Source: Alphaproteobacteria bacterium
GTDB lineage: Bacteria; Pseudomonadota; Alphaproteobacteria; SMXP01
Assembly: GCA_028280675.1 (NCBI GenBank)
Contig: JANQLI010000129.1
Location: 1,833-65,832, forward strand
Length of the DNA: 64,000 bases
Reading direction: 5' to 3'
The notes beneath the pieces were generated by a model. It had not been told where the DNA came from. It did no database searches and was given only the letters and a program-made list of their open reading frames with translations. A program made the position numbers and the translations under genes. This document shows positions 51,325 to 61,222 of the stretch, piece after piece; position 1 is the first letter of the stretch; every line of letters starts with the position of its first letter.

Positions 51325-51337
51325 AGTTTGATAAACA

Positions 51338-52564
51338 TTGCCGAAAGACGAAGGCTATAAATTTGTAATGGCCCCTTATATTCCAAAAACGCAATACAAG
51401 GATTTATTTCGGCGTCTCTATACCCACGAAGACCTTGCCAGTTTTGAAACGTTAACACATCACCTCTCTGAACCGCCAGACTACTACAAACACAGTCTTG
51501 CTTTTTCTCCAGCAAATTTCACCCCAACCTCCATCGACGTTGATGGCGCTTATTTATTTCCATTTGTGGCACCACAACAAGTTCCCCAGTCACGCATTAT
51601 TGAACATGTTGTTTATGATCATGAACTCAATCCTGTGACAATCGCAAATCACATCAAGGCCTTTTATAATGGATATGAGGACCATCCAGATTTACCTGCC
51701 TACCCCTTCTCAAAGAACACCATACTCGAGCATATCCCCGGCACATCATACTATATGGGTCTTCTGCTTCCTCATTTTGGGCATTTCATTCTGGAAGTCA
51801 TCACGCGGCTTTGGTGTCGTTTGAAGGATGAAGAAAAAAAACTGTCGAAATTTATTTTTCATATTGTTGGTCAGCGCGATGAAGAGGGAATTAAGCAAAA
51901 TCTTTTTGGCGGTTATTGGAAAGCTTACTTTGATGCTTTCGGCATCACACCAGATAATTTTGTAGTCGCCAACCGTCCCCTTCACTGTGATAATTTAATT
52001 GTTCCACAATGCGCACTGAGTATTGGCGTTTACCGTGCACCCGATTGTTTCCTTTCAAAAGATGCTGTGCGTGTTTGGCGCGAAACGCATCGGCGTATCA
52101 TCGACTCTACACCACACACAGATCAAAATAGCGCCTATGAGAGGATCTATATCTCACGGAGAAAGGTTGAGAATCCGTTCCAAGGGCGATTATTAGAGAA
52201 TGAAGAAGACATAGAGCAGCTATTGATGAAAAAAGGATTTCACATCCTCTACCCCGAAGACATTAAGTCGGAAGCTGAAAAACATGTCATTCTCTCACAA
52301 TGCCGAACACTAACAGCTCTTTCAGGATCAGGCCTGATGAACAGTGTTTTCTTACCAAAAGGCAGTAAAGTTCTACAGATTATCAGTGATCAAATAAATC
52401 GCGGCTTGCCGGGACTTGAGCAACAAATCTCTATTGATACTCTCTGTGAACATCATTCATATGTTTACTACCAAGATGACTATGTGAGTGATACGAAGAA
52501 ATCAGCACGTATAGACCTTCGTCCCTTTGAAAGCGCAATTGATTCCTTTCTATATGACAAATAA
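51338..52564 (+). CDS. GT61/DUF563-family glycosyltransferase (paralog 2 of 3)
   Basis: HFGHFILEVITRLW ... GFHILYPEDIKSEAEKHVILSQCRTLTALSGSGLMNSVF. Confidence 0.5.
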   Translation: MPKDEGYKFVMAPYIPKTQYKDLFRRLYTHEDLASFETLTHHLSEPPDYYKHSLAFSPANFTPTSIDVDGAYLFPFVAPQQVPQSRIIEHVVYDHELNPVTIANHIKAFYNGYEDHPDLPAYPFSKNTILEHIPGTSYYMGLLLPHFGHFILEVITRLWCRLKDEEKKLSKFIFHIVGQRDEEGIKQNLFGGYWKAYFDAFGITPDNFVVANRPLHCDNLIVPQCALSIGVYRAPDCFLSKDAVRVWRETHRRIIDSTPHTDQNSAYERIYISRRKVENPFQGRLLENEEDIEQLLMKKGFHILYPEDIKSEAEKHVILSQCRTLTALSGSGLMNSVFLPKGSKVLQIISDQINRGLPGLEQQISIDTLCEHHSYVYYQDDYVSDTKKSARIDLRPFESAIDSFLYDK

Positions 52565-53747
52565 TTTCATGTTTGATCTTTTTAAACGACAGAATAAAAC
52601 AACACACCTTGCAACCCTCGCGGATGTCGGGACGAATCTGACACAGTCAGACCATTACGCACACTACCTCAAGAGCATCTCGGTATCGGAATTTACGCCA
52701 AAGGCAAGCACGGAGAAAGACGCCCTCCTCTTGCCATTGCATGCACACTTACAAATACCTGCCTCACTGATGATGGAGCATGCGGTTTATGACAATGCGC
52801 TGAATCCCATTACCTATGCAACCCACATCAAACCCCTTTACCGCGGATTTAAACTACATCCCGATCTCCCTAAATATCCGGGCTATGACCTATCAGAATA
52901 TGAAGCTCTTCCTGGCCGATCATATTATGGAGGCATATTACTAGATCAATTCGGGCATTTTATTCTTGAGACTCTCACCCGCTTTTGGCGCGCGGTGGAA
53001 ACTGAAGAGCGCAAATTTGATCAGGTTCTGTTTCATGTCCTCAGTGATCGCAATACGATGCATATGCGCAAGCGTCTCTTTCGTGACTTTTGGAGTAATT
53101 ATTTTCATGCCCTTGGCATTACGGAAGACAACTTTATTTTTATCGAGAAACCCTTCATTGCGGAAGAGCTTATTATTCCACAATGCAGTGTCAGTATTGG
53201 CATGTTTAATCGAAGCAATTGCTATATCTCGGAGAAAGCACACGGTGTGTGGTCAATTTTAAACCAGCGCATGGCAGGAGAGTATAGACCAAGCGACACC
53301 TCAACGGCACGTCCTGAAAAAATATATATGTCACGCCGTAATGTAAATTATTCGTTCCGCACAGGACAAATTGAGAACGAGGCCGACATTGAACACCTCT
53401 TCCGATCACGTGGATTCCATATCATTCGCCCTGAAGAACTCAGCTCAGAAAATGAGAAACACTATCTTCTCTCTGAATGTAAGATTCTCGCAGGGCCAAT
53501 TGGATCAGGTATGCACAATAGTGTTTTCATGAAACCTGGTGGGCATATTCTCAGCATCATTAGCGAGCAAATGAATGAAGGTGTGTGTGCGCTGGAGCAT
53601 CTTCTTGCACTCGGGGCGTCTCTTGGTCACAACATGTATCAATATTACCAATGTGACCTTGACCCAGAGCAGGAAAGTAAGGATAGCGTAATTAATCTCA
53701 CGCAACTTTCACAGGCGCTTGATCACTTTTTAGAGCGCAGCACGTGA
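52554..53747 (+). CDS. GT61/DUF563-family glycosyltransferase (paralog 3 of 3)
   Basis: QFGHFILETLTRFW ... GFHIIRPEELSSENEKHYLLSECKILAGPIGSGMHNSVF. Start is uncertain (52527, 52554 or 52569). Confidence 0.5.
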   Translation: MTNNFMFDLFKRQNKTTHLATLADVGTNLTQSDHYAHYLKSISVSEFTPKASTEKDALLLPLHAHLQIPASLMMEHAVYDNALNPITYATHIKPLYRGFKLHPDLPKYPGYDLSEYEALPGRSYYGGILLDQFGHFILETLTRFWRAVETEERKFDQVLFHVLSDRNTMHMRKRLFRDFWSNYFHALGITEDNFIFIEKPFIAEELIIPQCSVSIGMFNRSNCYISEKAHGVWSILNQRMAGEYRPSDTSTARPEKIYMSRRNVNYSFRTGQIENEADIEHLFRSRGFHIIRPEELSSENEKHYLLSECKILAGPIGSGMHNSVFMKPGGHILSIISEQMNEGVCALEHLLALGASLGHNMYQYYQCDLDPEQESKDSVINLTQLSQALDHFLERST

Positions 53748-53757
53748 CCCTGGGCAC

Positions 53758-54645
53758 TTACCATGGTTCATAACAATCATGAAAGCGCGCAAGAATGTCT
53801 TGATGATTCTCAACATACGTTGAGATGTCATCGGCATGCACTTTTTGAAACCGTGTTCCTGTGTCTAACGCCAACTGGATATCTGCATCTGTGACATCGA
53901 CGTCCAATGTATCGCACAAGGCACGGAAATGCGCCTTGGGATCTGACTGAAAATCTTCATAACGCAAGATCTCAACCCGCGCCCCAGCAGCATGTAGTTC
54001 TGAGACAATCTTCTTTTTACGCTTGTGAATATACCGACAGCGATGAATAAAAGTTCCTAAGCGGTCTACATCAACATAGATTTTTTCATGATTTGCATCA
54101 TGACTTCCTTGGAGATGCCCAAAACTATGCGTGCCATCGCCATGATAGGTCGAAAGCGCCCAGCGCAGAATGTCTTGGCGGACCGCCATAAACACAACCA
54201 CACCATAGGCACGAAAAATCCGAAAAAGTCTCCGCTTCATATCCCTTAAAAGGTAGTCATTATATTGCCGTTGAAAATATTGGGCCCACCGCGGCGATGT
54301 TTGCATTGTTGTCGCTAAGACACGTGACGGTGGATGAAGACGCATCTTAAACCCAATCGATTTGGATGCATCAATAGATGCAATTTTTTGGCATGATGTT
54401 TGCTGATAAGCAGCATTCACCTTATGCAAATCAACGGTGTGCCCTGAGAAAATCTCCTCAAAAATAAGCTCCAGATTTTTATTGGACATCGCACCGCACT
54501 TTGCAAATTCAAAGGGTTCCCACTGCGGGGTGGATTGTGCATCTGTTAGGGAATGAACGATTGAGAAAGCATCAAGATTATTCAAGAGAGACACTTGCGC
54601 CATTGTGCCTTCCTTTTCTTGAAAAATGATGACGAAATTCTTCAT
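53758..54645 (-). CDS. Hypothetical protein with sulfotransferase-like motifs
   Basis: Degenerate P-loop-like FVIIFQEKEGT near the N-terminus, and RYEDFQSDPKAHFRALCDTLDV resembling the sulfotransferase C-terminal YEDL..DP...LC.FLG block. It is the only minus-strand gene in this part of the cluster. Confidence 0.3.
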   Translation of the reverse strand: MKNFVIIFQEKEGTMAQVSLLNNLDAFSIVHSLTDAQSTPQWEPFEFAKCGAMSNKNLELIFEEIFSGHTVDLHKVNAAYQQTSCQKIASIDASKSIGFKMRLHPPSRVLATTMQTSPRWAQYFQRQYNDYLLRDMKRRLFRIFRAYGVVVFMAVRQDILRWALSTYHGDGTHSFGHLQGSHDANHEKIYVDVDRLGTFIHRCRYIHKRKKKIVSELHAAGARVEILRYEDFQSDPKAHFRALCDTLDVDVTDADIQLALDTGTRFQKVHADDISTYVENHQDILARFHDCYEPW

Positions 54646-54810
54646 GATGAGCTTTCACGCGTAGGTGCCATGTGATTCGCCAGCATCATAGAGACCGCGT
54701 GCGATGTGTCAAACAGCCAACAGTTTTGACGGGCGACACCCTATCCTGACGAAGTCTTAACCTGACGTCCTGAATGTGCTAGGAAACAGTATCACTTTCT
54801 TTATCACGGC

Positions 54811-55827
54811 ATGGTGCCTGGAAAGACAATCCGCACAATGACACACACCTACACCATTCGCCTTGCTGGAACAGACACAGCCATTGCCTGTCCTGAGAGC
54901 GTGTCTGTGCTGAATGGATTTTTAAATCAAGATGTGCAGCTTGTGCATGGATGCAAGAATGGCCGCTGCAAGTCATGCAAGGCGACCCTTCTTGAAGGTC
55001 GCATTCAGAACGAAGACGGGGAAACAATCGACTCAGGCGAATTTCTTAGTTGTTCGTATATACCCCTCTCCGACCTCGTGATCGAAGCGGACTATTGCCC
55101 TGAACTCGCGGATATTCAAAGGCGCACATTGCCCTGTAAAGTGAATCAGGCCACGTATGTGGGCGACGATATTCTGATTCTCACCCTACGCACACCTCCC
55201 AATCAGCGCCTTGTTTACCTCCCGGGGCAATATCTTGATTTAACGTATCAAGGGGTCTGCCGGTCCTATTCCATCGCCAATTCCCCAAATGCAGACGGCA
55301 CAATCGAGCTGCATATTAAACGCTATTCTGGCGGTGAAATGAGCGCTCTCTTTTTTGACAAGCCGATCACCACGAACACGCTCATGTCCATGCGCGCGCC
55401 CCTTGGGACATTCTTCGTCAGAGATGGAGAGGCCCCTTTAGTTTTCTTAGCCACAGGAACAGGGTTGGCGCCCATCAAAGCTATGATTGAATCTCTCATA
55501 CACGAGGGCGACAAACGGCCCATCACACTTCTCTGGGGCTGCCGCGAGGAGGCAGATTTTTATGACAAGCGCCCCACTGTATGGGCCTCTCAATATGATC
55601 ACATAAAAGTCGAGCAGGTTCTCTCAAAGCGTCAAAGAACCACAGCAAAAAAACACTATGTGCAAGATCATCTGTTAACCATACATCCCGATTTAAGCGG
55701 ATTCGATGTTTACGCTTGCGGGTCCCTGACTATGATAGAAGACGCGGAAAGCCTATTATGCGAATATGGCCTGGATAAGCGCCGGTTTTTTTATGATGCC
55801 TTTGTGGCATCCCATGAGAAGGATTGA
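54811..55827 (+). CDS. ddhD: CDP-6-deoxy-delta-3,4-glucoseen reductase (E3; 2Fe-2S ferredoxin + FAD/NAD reductase)
   Basis: Plant-type ferredoxin Cys cluster (C..GRCKSC...C), RSYSIAN FAD-binding motif, GTGLAPI NAD-binding motif. A start at 54838 is possible. Confidence 0.65.
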   Translation: MVPGKTIRTMTHTYTIRLAGTDTAIACPESVSVLNGFLNQDVQLVHGCKNGRCKSCKATLLEGRIQNEDGETIDSGEFLSCSYIPLSDLVIEADYCPELADIQRRTLPCKVNQATYVGDDILILTLRTPPNQRLVYLPGQYLDLTYQGVCRSYSIANSPNADGTIELHIKRYSGGEMSALFFDKPITTNTLMSMRAPLGTFFVRDGEAPLVFLATGTGLAPIKAMIESLIHEGDKRPITLLWGCREEADFYDKRPTVWASQYDHIKVEQVLSKRQRTTAKKHYVQDHLLTIHPDLSGFDVYACGSLTMIEDAESLLCEYGLDKRRFFYDAFVASHEKD

Positions 55828-56606
55828 TCAGCATGAAAGCTGTCATTCTGGCTGGAGGATTGGGCACGCGCTTAAGCGAAGAAACAACCCTTAAGCCAAA
55901 ACCCATGATCGAGATTGGGGGAAAGCCCATTCTCTGGCACATTATGAAGATCTATTCTCATCACGGCATCAATGATTTCATTATCTGCTGTGGCTACAAA
56001 GGCTATGTGATCAAAGAATACTTTGCGAATTATTTTTTACACACCTCAGATGTGACATTCTCCATGCAAGACAATAACATGGAGGTGCATCATAAACGCA
56101 CTGAGCCCTGGACTGTGACCTTAATCGATACCGGTGATTTAACCCCGACGGGGGGGCGTTTATTGAAGGTCAAAGAGCATCTTGAGAATGAATCGGCCTT
56201 TTGCTTTACCTATGGTGATGGCGTTGGCAGTATCGATATTCAGGCCAGTCTGTGCTTTCATAAAGAACATGGCAAAAATGCTACTGTCACAGCCACCTAT
56301 CCACCTGGACGCTTTGGCGCGCTGGAAATTCAAAACGGGAAGGTGGAGCGCTTTCAAGAAAAACCAGAAGGTGATGGGTCTATGATCAATGGCGGGTTCT
56401 TTGTCCTCTCACCGAAAGCACTCGATTTCATTGCCAATGAAGAGACGATTTGGGAGCAAGAGCCATTGGCGACGCTGGCTGAGAAGGGCGAATTGATGGC
56501 TTTTGAACATCATGGATTCTGGCAGCCCATGGATACTTTGCGCGATAAAAATCTGCTGGAAGATTTATGGGCGTCTGGCGATGCGCCGTGGAAGATGTGG
56601 GCATGA
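55824..56606 (+). CDS. ddhA: Glucose-1-phosphate cytidylyltransferase
   Basis: MKAVILAGGLGTRLSEET...KPMIEIGGKPILWHIM matches RfbF/DdhA. Confidence 0.85.
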   Translation: MISMKAVILAGGLGTRLSEETTLKPKPMIEIGGKPILWHIMKIYSHHGINDFIICCGYKGYVIKEYFANYFLHTSDVTFSMQDNNMEVHHKRTEPWTVTLIDTGDLTPTGGRLLKVKEHLENESAFCFTYGDGVGSIDIQASLCFHKEHGKNATVTATYPPGRFGALEIQNGKVERFQEKPEGDGSMINGGFFVLSPKALDFIANEETIWEQEPLATLAEKGELMAFEHHGFWQPMDTLRDKNLLEDLWASGDAPWKMWA

Positions 56607-57685
56607 CGATTGATCCAACCTTTTGGAAGGGAAAAAAAGTTTTTCTCACCGGCCACACAGGCTTTAAAGGCAGTTGGCTTTCACTTTGGCTGCAACATAT
56701 GGGCGCGCATGTGAAAGGGTATGCGCTCACCCCCCCCACAACGCCAAGCTTGTTTCAAGAAGCGCAGGTTGAGAAAGGCATGGATTCGGTCATTGCCGAT
56801 ATTCGTGACTTTGATCGGTTAAAAGCGGAAATCACCTCATTCGCTCCAAACATTATCATACATATGGCGGCCCAGCCTTTGGTGCGCTTTTCTTATGAGG
56901 ACCCAATCGAAACCTATTCCACCAATGTCATGGGAACGGTCCATTTACTCGAAGCCATACGCACCATTGACGGGGTGCAAGTCTGCCTCAATGTGACCAG
57001 CGACAAATGTTATGAAAATCAGGAATGGGATTGGGGTTATCGCGAAAACGAGCCCATGGGCGGGCGTGATCCCTATAGCAATAGCAAGGGCTGTGCAGAA
57101 TTGGTCACTGCGGCGTTTCGCGAGTCATTTTTTCACCCCGATCGTTTCGATCAACATGGCTGCGCCATCGCAACGGGCCGGGCTGGCAATGTTATCGGCG
57201 GCGGCGACTGGGCCGATGATCGGCTTGTGCCGGATGTTCTCACCGCTTTTGAGAAACAGACGCCAGTAGTTATCCGAAACCCCCATGCCATACGTCCATG
57301 GCAACATGTCCTCGAACCCCTCGCCGGTTACCTAACTCTTGTGCAAAAGCTTTGGGAAGATGGGCCGCGCTATGCTGGACCATGGAATTTCGGCCCCAAT
57401 GAAGGGGATGCAAAACCGGTCTCTTGGATTTGTGACGCCATGGTCAAAGAGTGGCCAGGAAGTAGCTGGTCAACCGATAATGGGGATCACCCACACGAAG
57501 CCCATTATCTCAAGCTCGATAGCACAAAAGCGCGTGAGTATTTAGGATGGCGTCCCGTTTGGTCACTCGGCGATGCCCTCAAGCGCATCACAGCTTGGCA
57601 TCAAGCATGGCTGGCCGGCGAAAATATGCACGACTACACCCAGGCGGAAATCTCGACCTATCAAACGCTAGCAAATAGCCCGTAA
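56603..57685 (+). CDS. ddhB: CDP-glucose 4,6-dehydratase
   Basis: [19 protein letters not shown] is the RfbG/DdhB signature. Its start is ATGA-coupled to the ddhA stop. Confidence 0.85.
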   Translation: MTIDPTFWKGKKVFLTGHTGFKGSWLSLWLQHMGAHVKGYALTPPTTPSLFQEAQVEKGMDSVIADIRDFDRLKAEITSFAPNIIIHMAAQPLVRFSYEDPIETYSTNVMGTVHLLEAIRTIDGVQVCLNVTSDKCYENQEWDWGYRENEPMGGRDPYSNSKGCAELVTAAFRESFFHPDRFDQHGCAIATGRAGNVIGGGDWADDRLVPDVLTAFEKQTPVVIRNPHAIRPWQHVLEPLAGYLTLVQKLWEDGPRYAGPWNFGPNEGDAKPVSWICDAMVKEWPGSSWSTDNGDHPHEAHYLKLDSTKAREYLGWRPVWSLGDALKRITAWHQAWLAGENMHDYTQAEISTYQTLANSP

Positions 57686-57705
57686 TTCAGCTACATCTCA
57701 GCACC

Positions 57706-59019
57706 ATGTCAAAAGAAGAGCTCAGAAAACACATTGCCGCATTAGTCGAAGACTATGCAGCGCTGCAATATGCGCCAGCATCCTTTGTGCCGGGGGAAAG
57801 TGCTATCCCCCCCTCGGGGAAAGTGTTGGATGCGGATGAACTGAAACATATGGTCGAAGCGTCCCTTGATGGCTGGCTGACGACGGGGCGGTTCAATGGC
57901 ATGTTCGAGGAACATCTTGGCGCTTTCCTCGGCGCAAAGCATGTACTCACCACGGTCTCCGGGTCGGCGGCAAATCTGCTTGCCGTAACGGCCCTGACAT
58001 CGCGAAAGTTAGGGGACCGCGCGCTCAAACCAGGCGATGAGATGGTGACAGTGGCCGCCGGGTTTCCAACGACTGTTAATCCAATTATTCAAAATGGTTT
58101 AGTTCCTGTCTTCGTCGATGTGGATATTCCAACCTACAATATTGATGTGAATTTGATTGAAGGGGCGATTAGCAAAAAAACCCGCGCCATCATTCTTGCC
58201 CATACGCTTGGTAATCCGTTTGATCTCAAGCGCGTGCGTGAAATAGCTGATAAGTATAATCTCTGGCTTATCGAAGATTGCTGTGATGCGCTCGGATCGA
58301 CATATGATGGAAAAATCGTCGGCACGACAGGGGATATTGGTACGATTAGCTTTTACCCGGCCCACCAAATTACCATGGGTGAAGGCGGCGCTGTGTTTAC
58401 AAATTCGGATGAACTCGAGACCATTATCGAATCATTCCGCGATTGGGGACGTGATTGCTATTGTGATCCTGGATGTGACAATACCTGTGGCAAACGTTTC
58501 GAACAACAGCTTGGGAGCTTGCCGTTCGGATACGATCACAAATATACCTATTCCCATATTGGTTATAATCTGAAAATCTCAGACATGCAGGCGGCTTGCG
58601 GCGTTGCACAACTCAAAAAACTTCCTGGCTTCATTCAAGCACGCAAAGACAATTTTAATTTTCTGCATAAGGGTCTTACCAGTTGTTCAGACTTTCTCAT
58701 CCTACCGGAAGCCACACCGAACACGGACCCTTGTTGGTTTGGCTTTCCCATCACTATAAAGGACAGCGCTGGACAACAGCGCGTCGATCTGACGCGTTAT
58801 TTGGATGACCATAAAATCGGAACCCGTTTGTTGTTCGCAGGCAACCTCACACGGCAGCCCTATTTTGAGGGCGTGAATTATCGTATCGCGGGCACACTCA
58901 ACAATACAGACCGTATTATGAATCAAACATTTTGGCTGGGTGTTTATCCCGGCCTAGGGCAAGAGCAATTGCGCTTTGTTATTGAAAAAGTGGAAGAGTT
59001 CTTTGGCCTTCATTTTTAG
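57706..59019 (+). CDS. ddhC: CDP-6-deoxy-D-xylo-4-hexulose-3-dehydrase (E1; PMP-dependent DegT/DnrJ/EryC1 family)
   Basis: 437 aa of the aminotransferase-fold DegT family, with Cys-rich C-terminal insert motifs ([15 protein letters not shown]) typical of E1 [2Fe-2S] dehydrases. Confidence 0.75.
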   Translation: MSKEELRKHIAALVEDYAALQYAPASFVPGESAIPPSGKVLDADELKHMVEASLDGWLTTGRFNGMFEEHLGAFLGAKHVLTTVSGSAANLLAVTALTSRKLGDRALKPGDEMVTVAAGFPTTVNPIIQNGLVPVFVDVDIPTYNIDVNLIEGAISKKTRAIILAHTLGNPFDLKRVREIADKYNLWLIEDCCDALGSTYDGKIVGTTGDIGTISFYPAHQITMGEGGAVFTNSDELETIIESFRDWGRDCYCDPGCDNTCGKRFEQQLGSLPFGYDHKYTYSHIGYNLKISDMQAACGVAQLKKLPGFIQARKDNFNFLHKGLTSCSDFLILPEATPNTDPCWFGFPITIKDSAGQQRVDLTRYLDDHKIGTRLLFAGNLTRQPYFEGVNYRIAGTLNNTDRIMNQTFWLGVYPGLGQEQLRFVIEKVEEFFGLHF

Positions 59020-59031
59020 TCTATATGGCAA

Positions 59032-59922
59032 TTGCCTATGACACTTCTTATCACAGGCGCTTCTGGTTATCTTGGGTCACATTTAGTGAATCATTTTGCG
59101 CCCACACATAACATCATCGCCATCACACGCGCGGGGTCAGATACGTCGCGTCTCGGGCGGCATAAGAATGTTCATTTACGCACACTTGCGCGCAATGACC
59201 CAATAAGCAAGGCCGTCGAGGGTGAAACTGTGCAGGCTGTGCTCCATACAGCAACGAACTATGGCCGTCACGGGGAAACCAAAGATGAAATTTGGCGCAC
59301 CAATGTGACCTATGCATCAAACACCCTTGCATGGGCAACAAAGGCGGGTGTTCAAGTTTTTATCAATGCCGATACGGTGCTCGATCCCCGCGTCAGTGAA
59401 TATGCGGCCAGTAAAGCCGCCTTTCTTGAGCAGAGCGAGGTGTTATGTCACCAAAGCGAAATCCAATTTATAAATGTCCGTCTTGAGCAATTCTATGGTC
59501 CTGCTGTGGATACAACGAATTTTATCGGTTACATCGCGAACAGTCTGCTCACGCACTCATCTTCAATAGATCTTACGGCAGGCGAACAAAAGCGTGACTT
59601 TGTTTATATCGACGATGTGGTCAACGCATATGCGTGTATTTTGGAAAATTTACCGGGATTCGCAAAACGCGATTCAGTTGACGTCGGCACAGGTGTCGCC
59701 ACACATCTTCGCGGCCTTGTGGAAATGATGAAAGAGCTTACAGGCGCAAACACCGCGCTTAACTTCGGCGCTTTACCTTACCGCACACATGAGATGATGG
59801 ACTCCCAATCCGATTCCTCTCGCTTGAATGCGCTGGGATGGCGATGCAACACCTCTCTGACAGAGGGACTCAGGATGACACTTCAAGCCACTGAGCGCGC
59901 TTTACATATGGGCAATGATTGA
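59032..59922 (+). CDS. CDP-paratose/abequose synthase-like NAD(P)-dependent reductase (short extended SDR)
   Basis: LLITGASGYLGSHLV, and the size (296 aa) typical of RfbS/RfbJ-type CDP-4-keto-3,6-dideoxyhexose reductases. Confidence 0.55.
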   Translation: MPMTLLITGASGYLGSHLVNHFAPTHNIIAITRAGSDTSRLGRHKNVHLRTLARNDPISKAVEGETVQAVLHTATNYGRHGETKDEIWRTNVTYASNTLAWATKAGVQVFINADTVLDPRVSEYAASKAAFLEQSEVLCHQSEIQFINVRLEQFYGPAVDTTNFIGYIANSLLTHSSSIDLTAGEQKRDFVYIDDVVNAYACILENLPGFAKRDSVDVGTGVATHLRGLVEMMKELTGANTALNFGALPYRTHEMMDSQSDSSRLNALGWRCNTSLTEGLRMTLQATERALHMGND

Positions 59923-59965
59923 GAGGAGATGAAGATCCTGCTAAAACCAGGACAAAGGGGAGATT

Positions 59966-61222
59966 ATGGGTGAACACAAGCAAGATATTGGAACCTTAGG
60001 AGAGACAACATGCCGGGCCTGCATGAGCCAGAACATGTTCATGTTTCTCGACCTCGGCATGCACCCGCCTGCGAATCAGTTTCTTAAGAAGGAAAATCTA
60101 GAGCGTGAAGAAAAATTCCCGCTACCGGCGCATACGTGTCTTGAGTGCGGGTTGATCCAAATCCCGGATTATGTTCCTGCTGATTTCTTTCGCGATTACC
60201 TTTATGTCCCCTCATTTTCCACAACCATGCACAAGCATTTTGGTGATTACGCCAAGCTAATCCAAGATCGTTTCATCAACGACCCTTCACAGCAGGTTCT
60301 TGATATTGGATGTAATGATGGTCTGTTGCTCATCCATTGCCAGGAACGTGGCCTTGCAACACTTGGTATTGACCCAGCGGCAAATCTCAGCGATGCACCG
60401 CGCGCCAAAGGCATTGAAATTCTCAATGAATATTTCGGCGCGGAGATGGGCCAAGAAGTCCGGCAAAGTCATGGCGCCATGCAAGTCATCACCACATCGA
60501 ACACATTCAATCACATTGATGACTTACACAGCTTTATGTCAGGCGTGAAAGCCCTTCTTGCAGATGACGGTGCATTTATCGTTGAAGTGCCGCAAGCGCT
60601 GACTCTTGTTGAAAATAATGAATTCGATACAATCTACCTCGAACATGTTTCAGAATTTAGCGTCAAATCATTTATTGAAATTTGCAAATTCTTTGACATG
60701 GTGGTGTTCGATGTTAAACCTATTCCCGTGCATGGTGGTTCGATGCGAGTTTTTATGCAACACAAAGATTGCGCCCGCCCGATCAATACGCATGTAGATG
60801 AGTGGCTGGACCGGGAACACGAGGCAAAACTTTTCGAGCGCGAAACATATGTTGCCCTTGCAAAGCGCGTGAACACAATAAGGGACGACTTACTGTCTTT
60901 GATCACGCGTTTGAAAGGGGAAGGGAAAAGCGTTGCTGGATATGGTGCCCCGGCAAAAAGCTGTACCCTTTTGAATTACTACGGTATTGGTCCAGAACAC
61001 CTTGATTATCTCGCTGACAAAAGCACCATGAAACAAGGCCTTTATTCACCAGGCATGCATATTCCTATCGTCTCACCCTCCGTGTTAGAGGAACAACAAC
61101 CGGATTATGTAATTATCCTTGCCTGGAATTTCGCTGATGAAATCATAGCTGAGCAAACAACATATCAAGCGCGCGGCGGAAAATTCATCCTTCCCATTCC
61201 TGAACCCCGTATTTTTGAATGA
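59966..61222 (+). CDS. NDP-hexose C-methyltransferase-like (TylCIII/C3-methyltransferase family) with N-terminal zinc ribbon
   Basis: CRAC...CLECG Zn-ribbon, SAM-binding LDIGCNDGLL, and a C-terminal dimerisation domain. The length (418 aa) is typical of sugar C-methyltransferases. Confidence 0.55.
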   Translation: MGEHKQDIGTLGETTCRACMSQNMFMFLDLGMHPPANQFLKKENLEREEKFPLPAHTCLECGLIQIPDYVPADFFRDYLYVPSFSTTMHKHFGDYAKLIQDRFINDPSQQVLDIGCNDGLLLIHCQERGLATLGIDPAANLSDAPRAKGIEILNEYFGAEMGQEVRQSHGAMQVITTSNTFNHIDDLHSFMSGVKALLADDGAFIVEVPQALTLVENNEFDTIYLEHVSEFSVKSFIEICKFFDMVVFDVKPIPVHGGSMRVFMQHKDCARPINTHVDEWLDREHEAKLFERETYVALAKRVNTIRDDLLSLITRLKGEGKSVAGYGAPAKSCTLLNYYGIGPEHLDYLADKSTMKQGLYSPGMHIPIVSPSVLEEQQPDYVIILAWNFADEIIAEQTTYQARGGKFILPIPEPRIFE

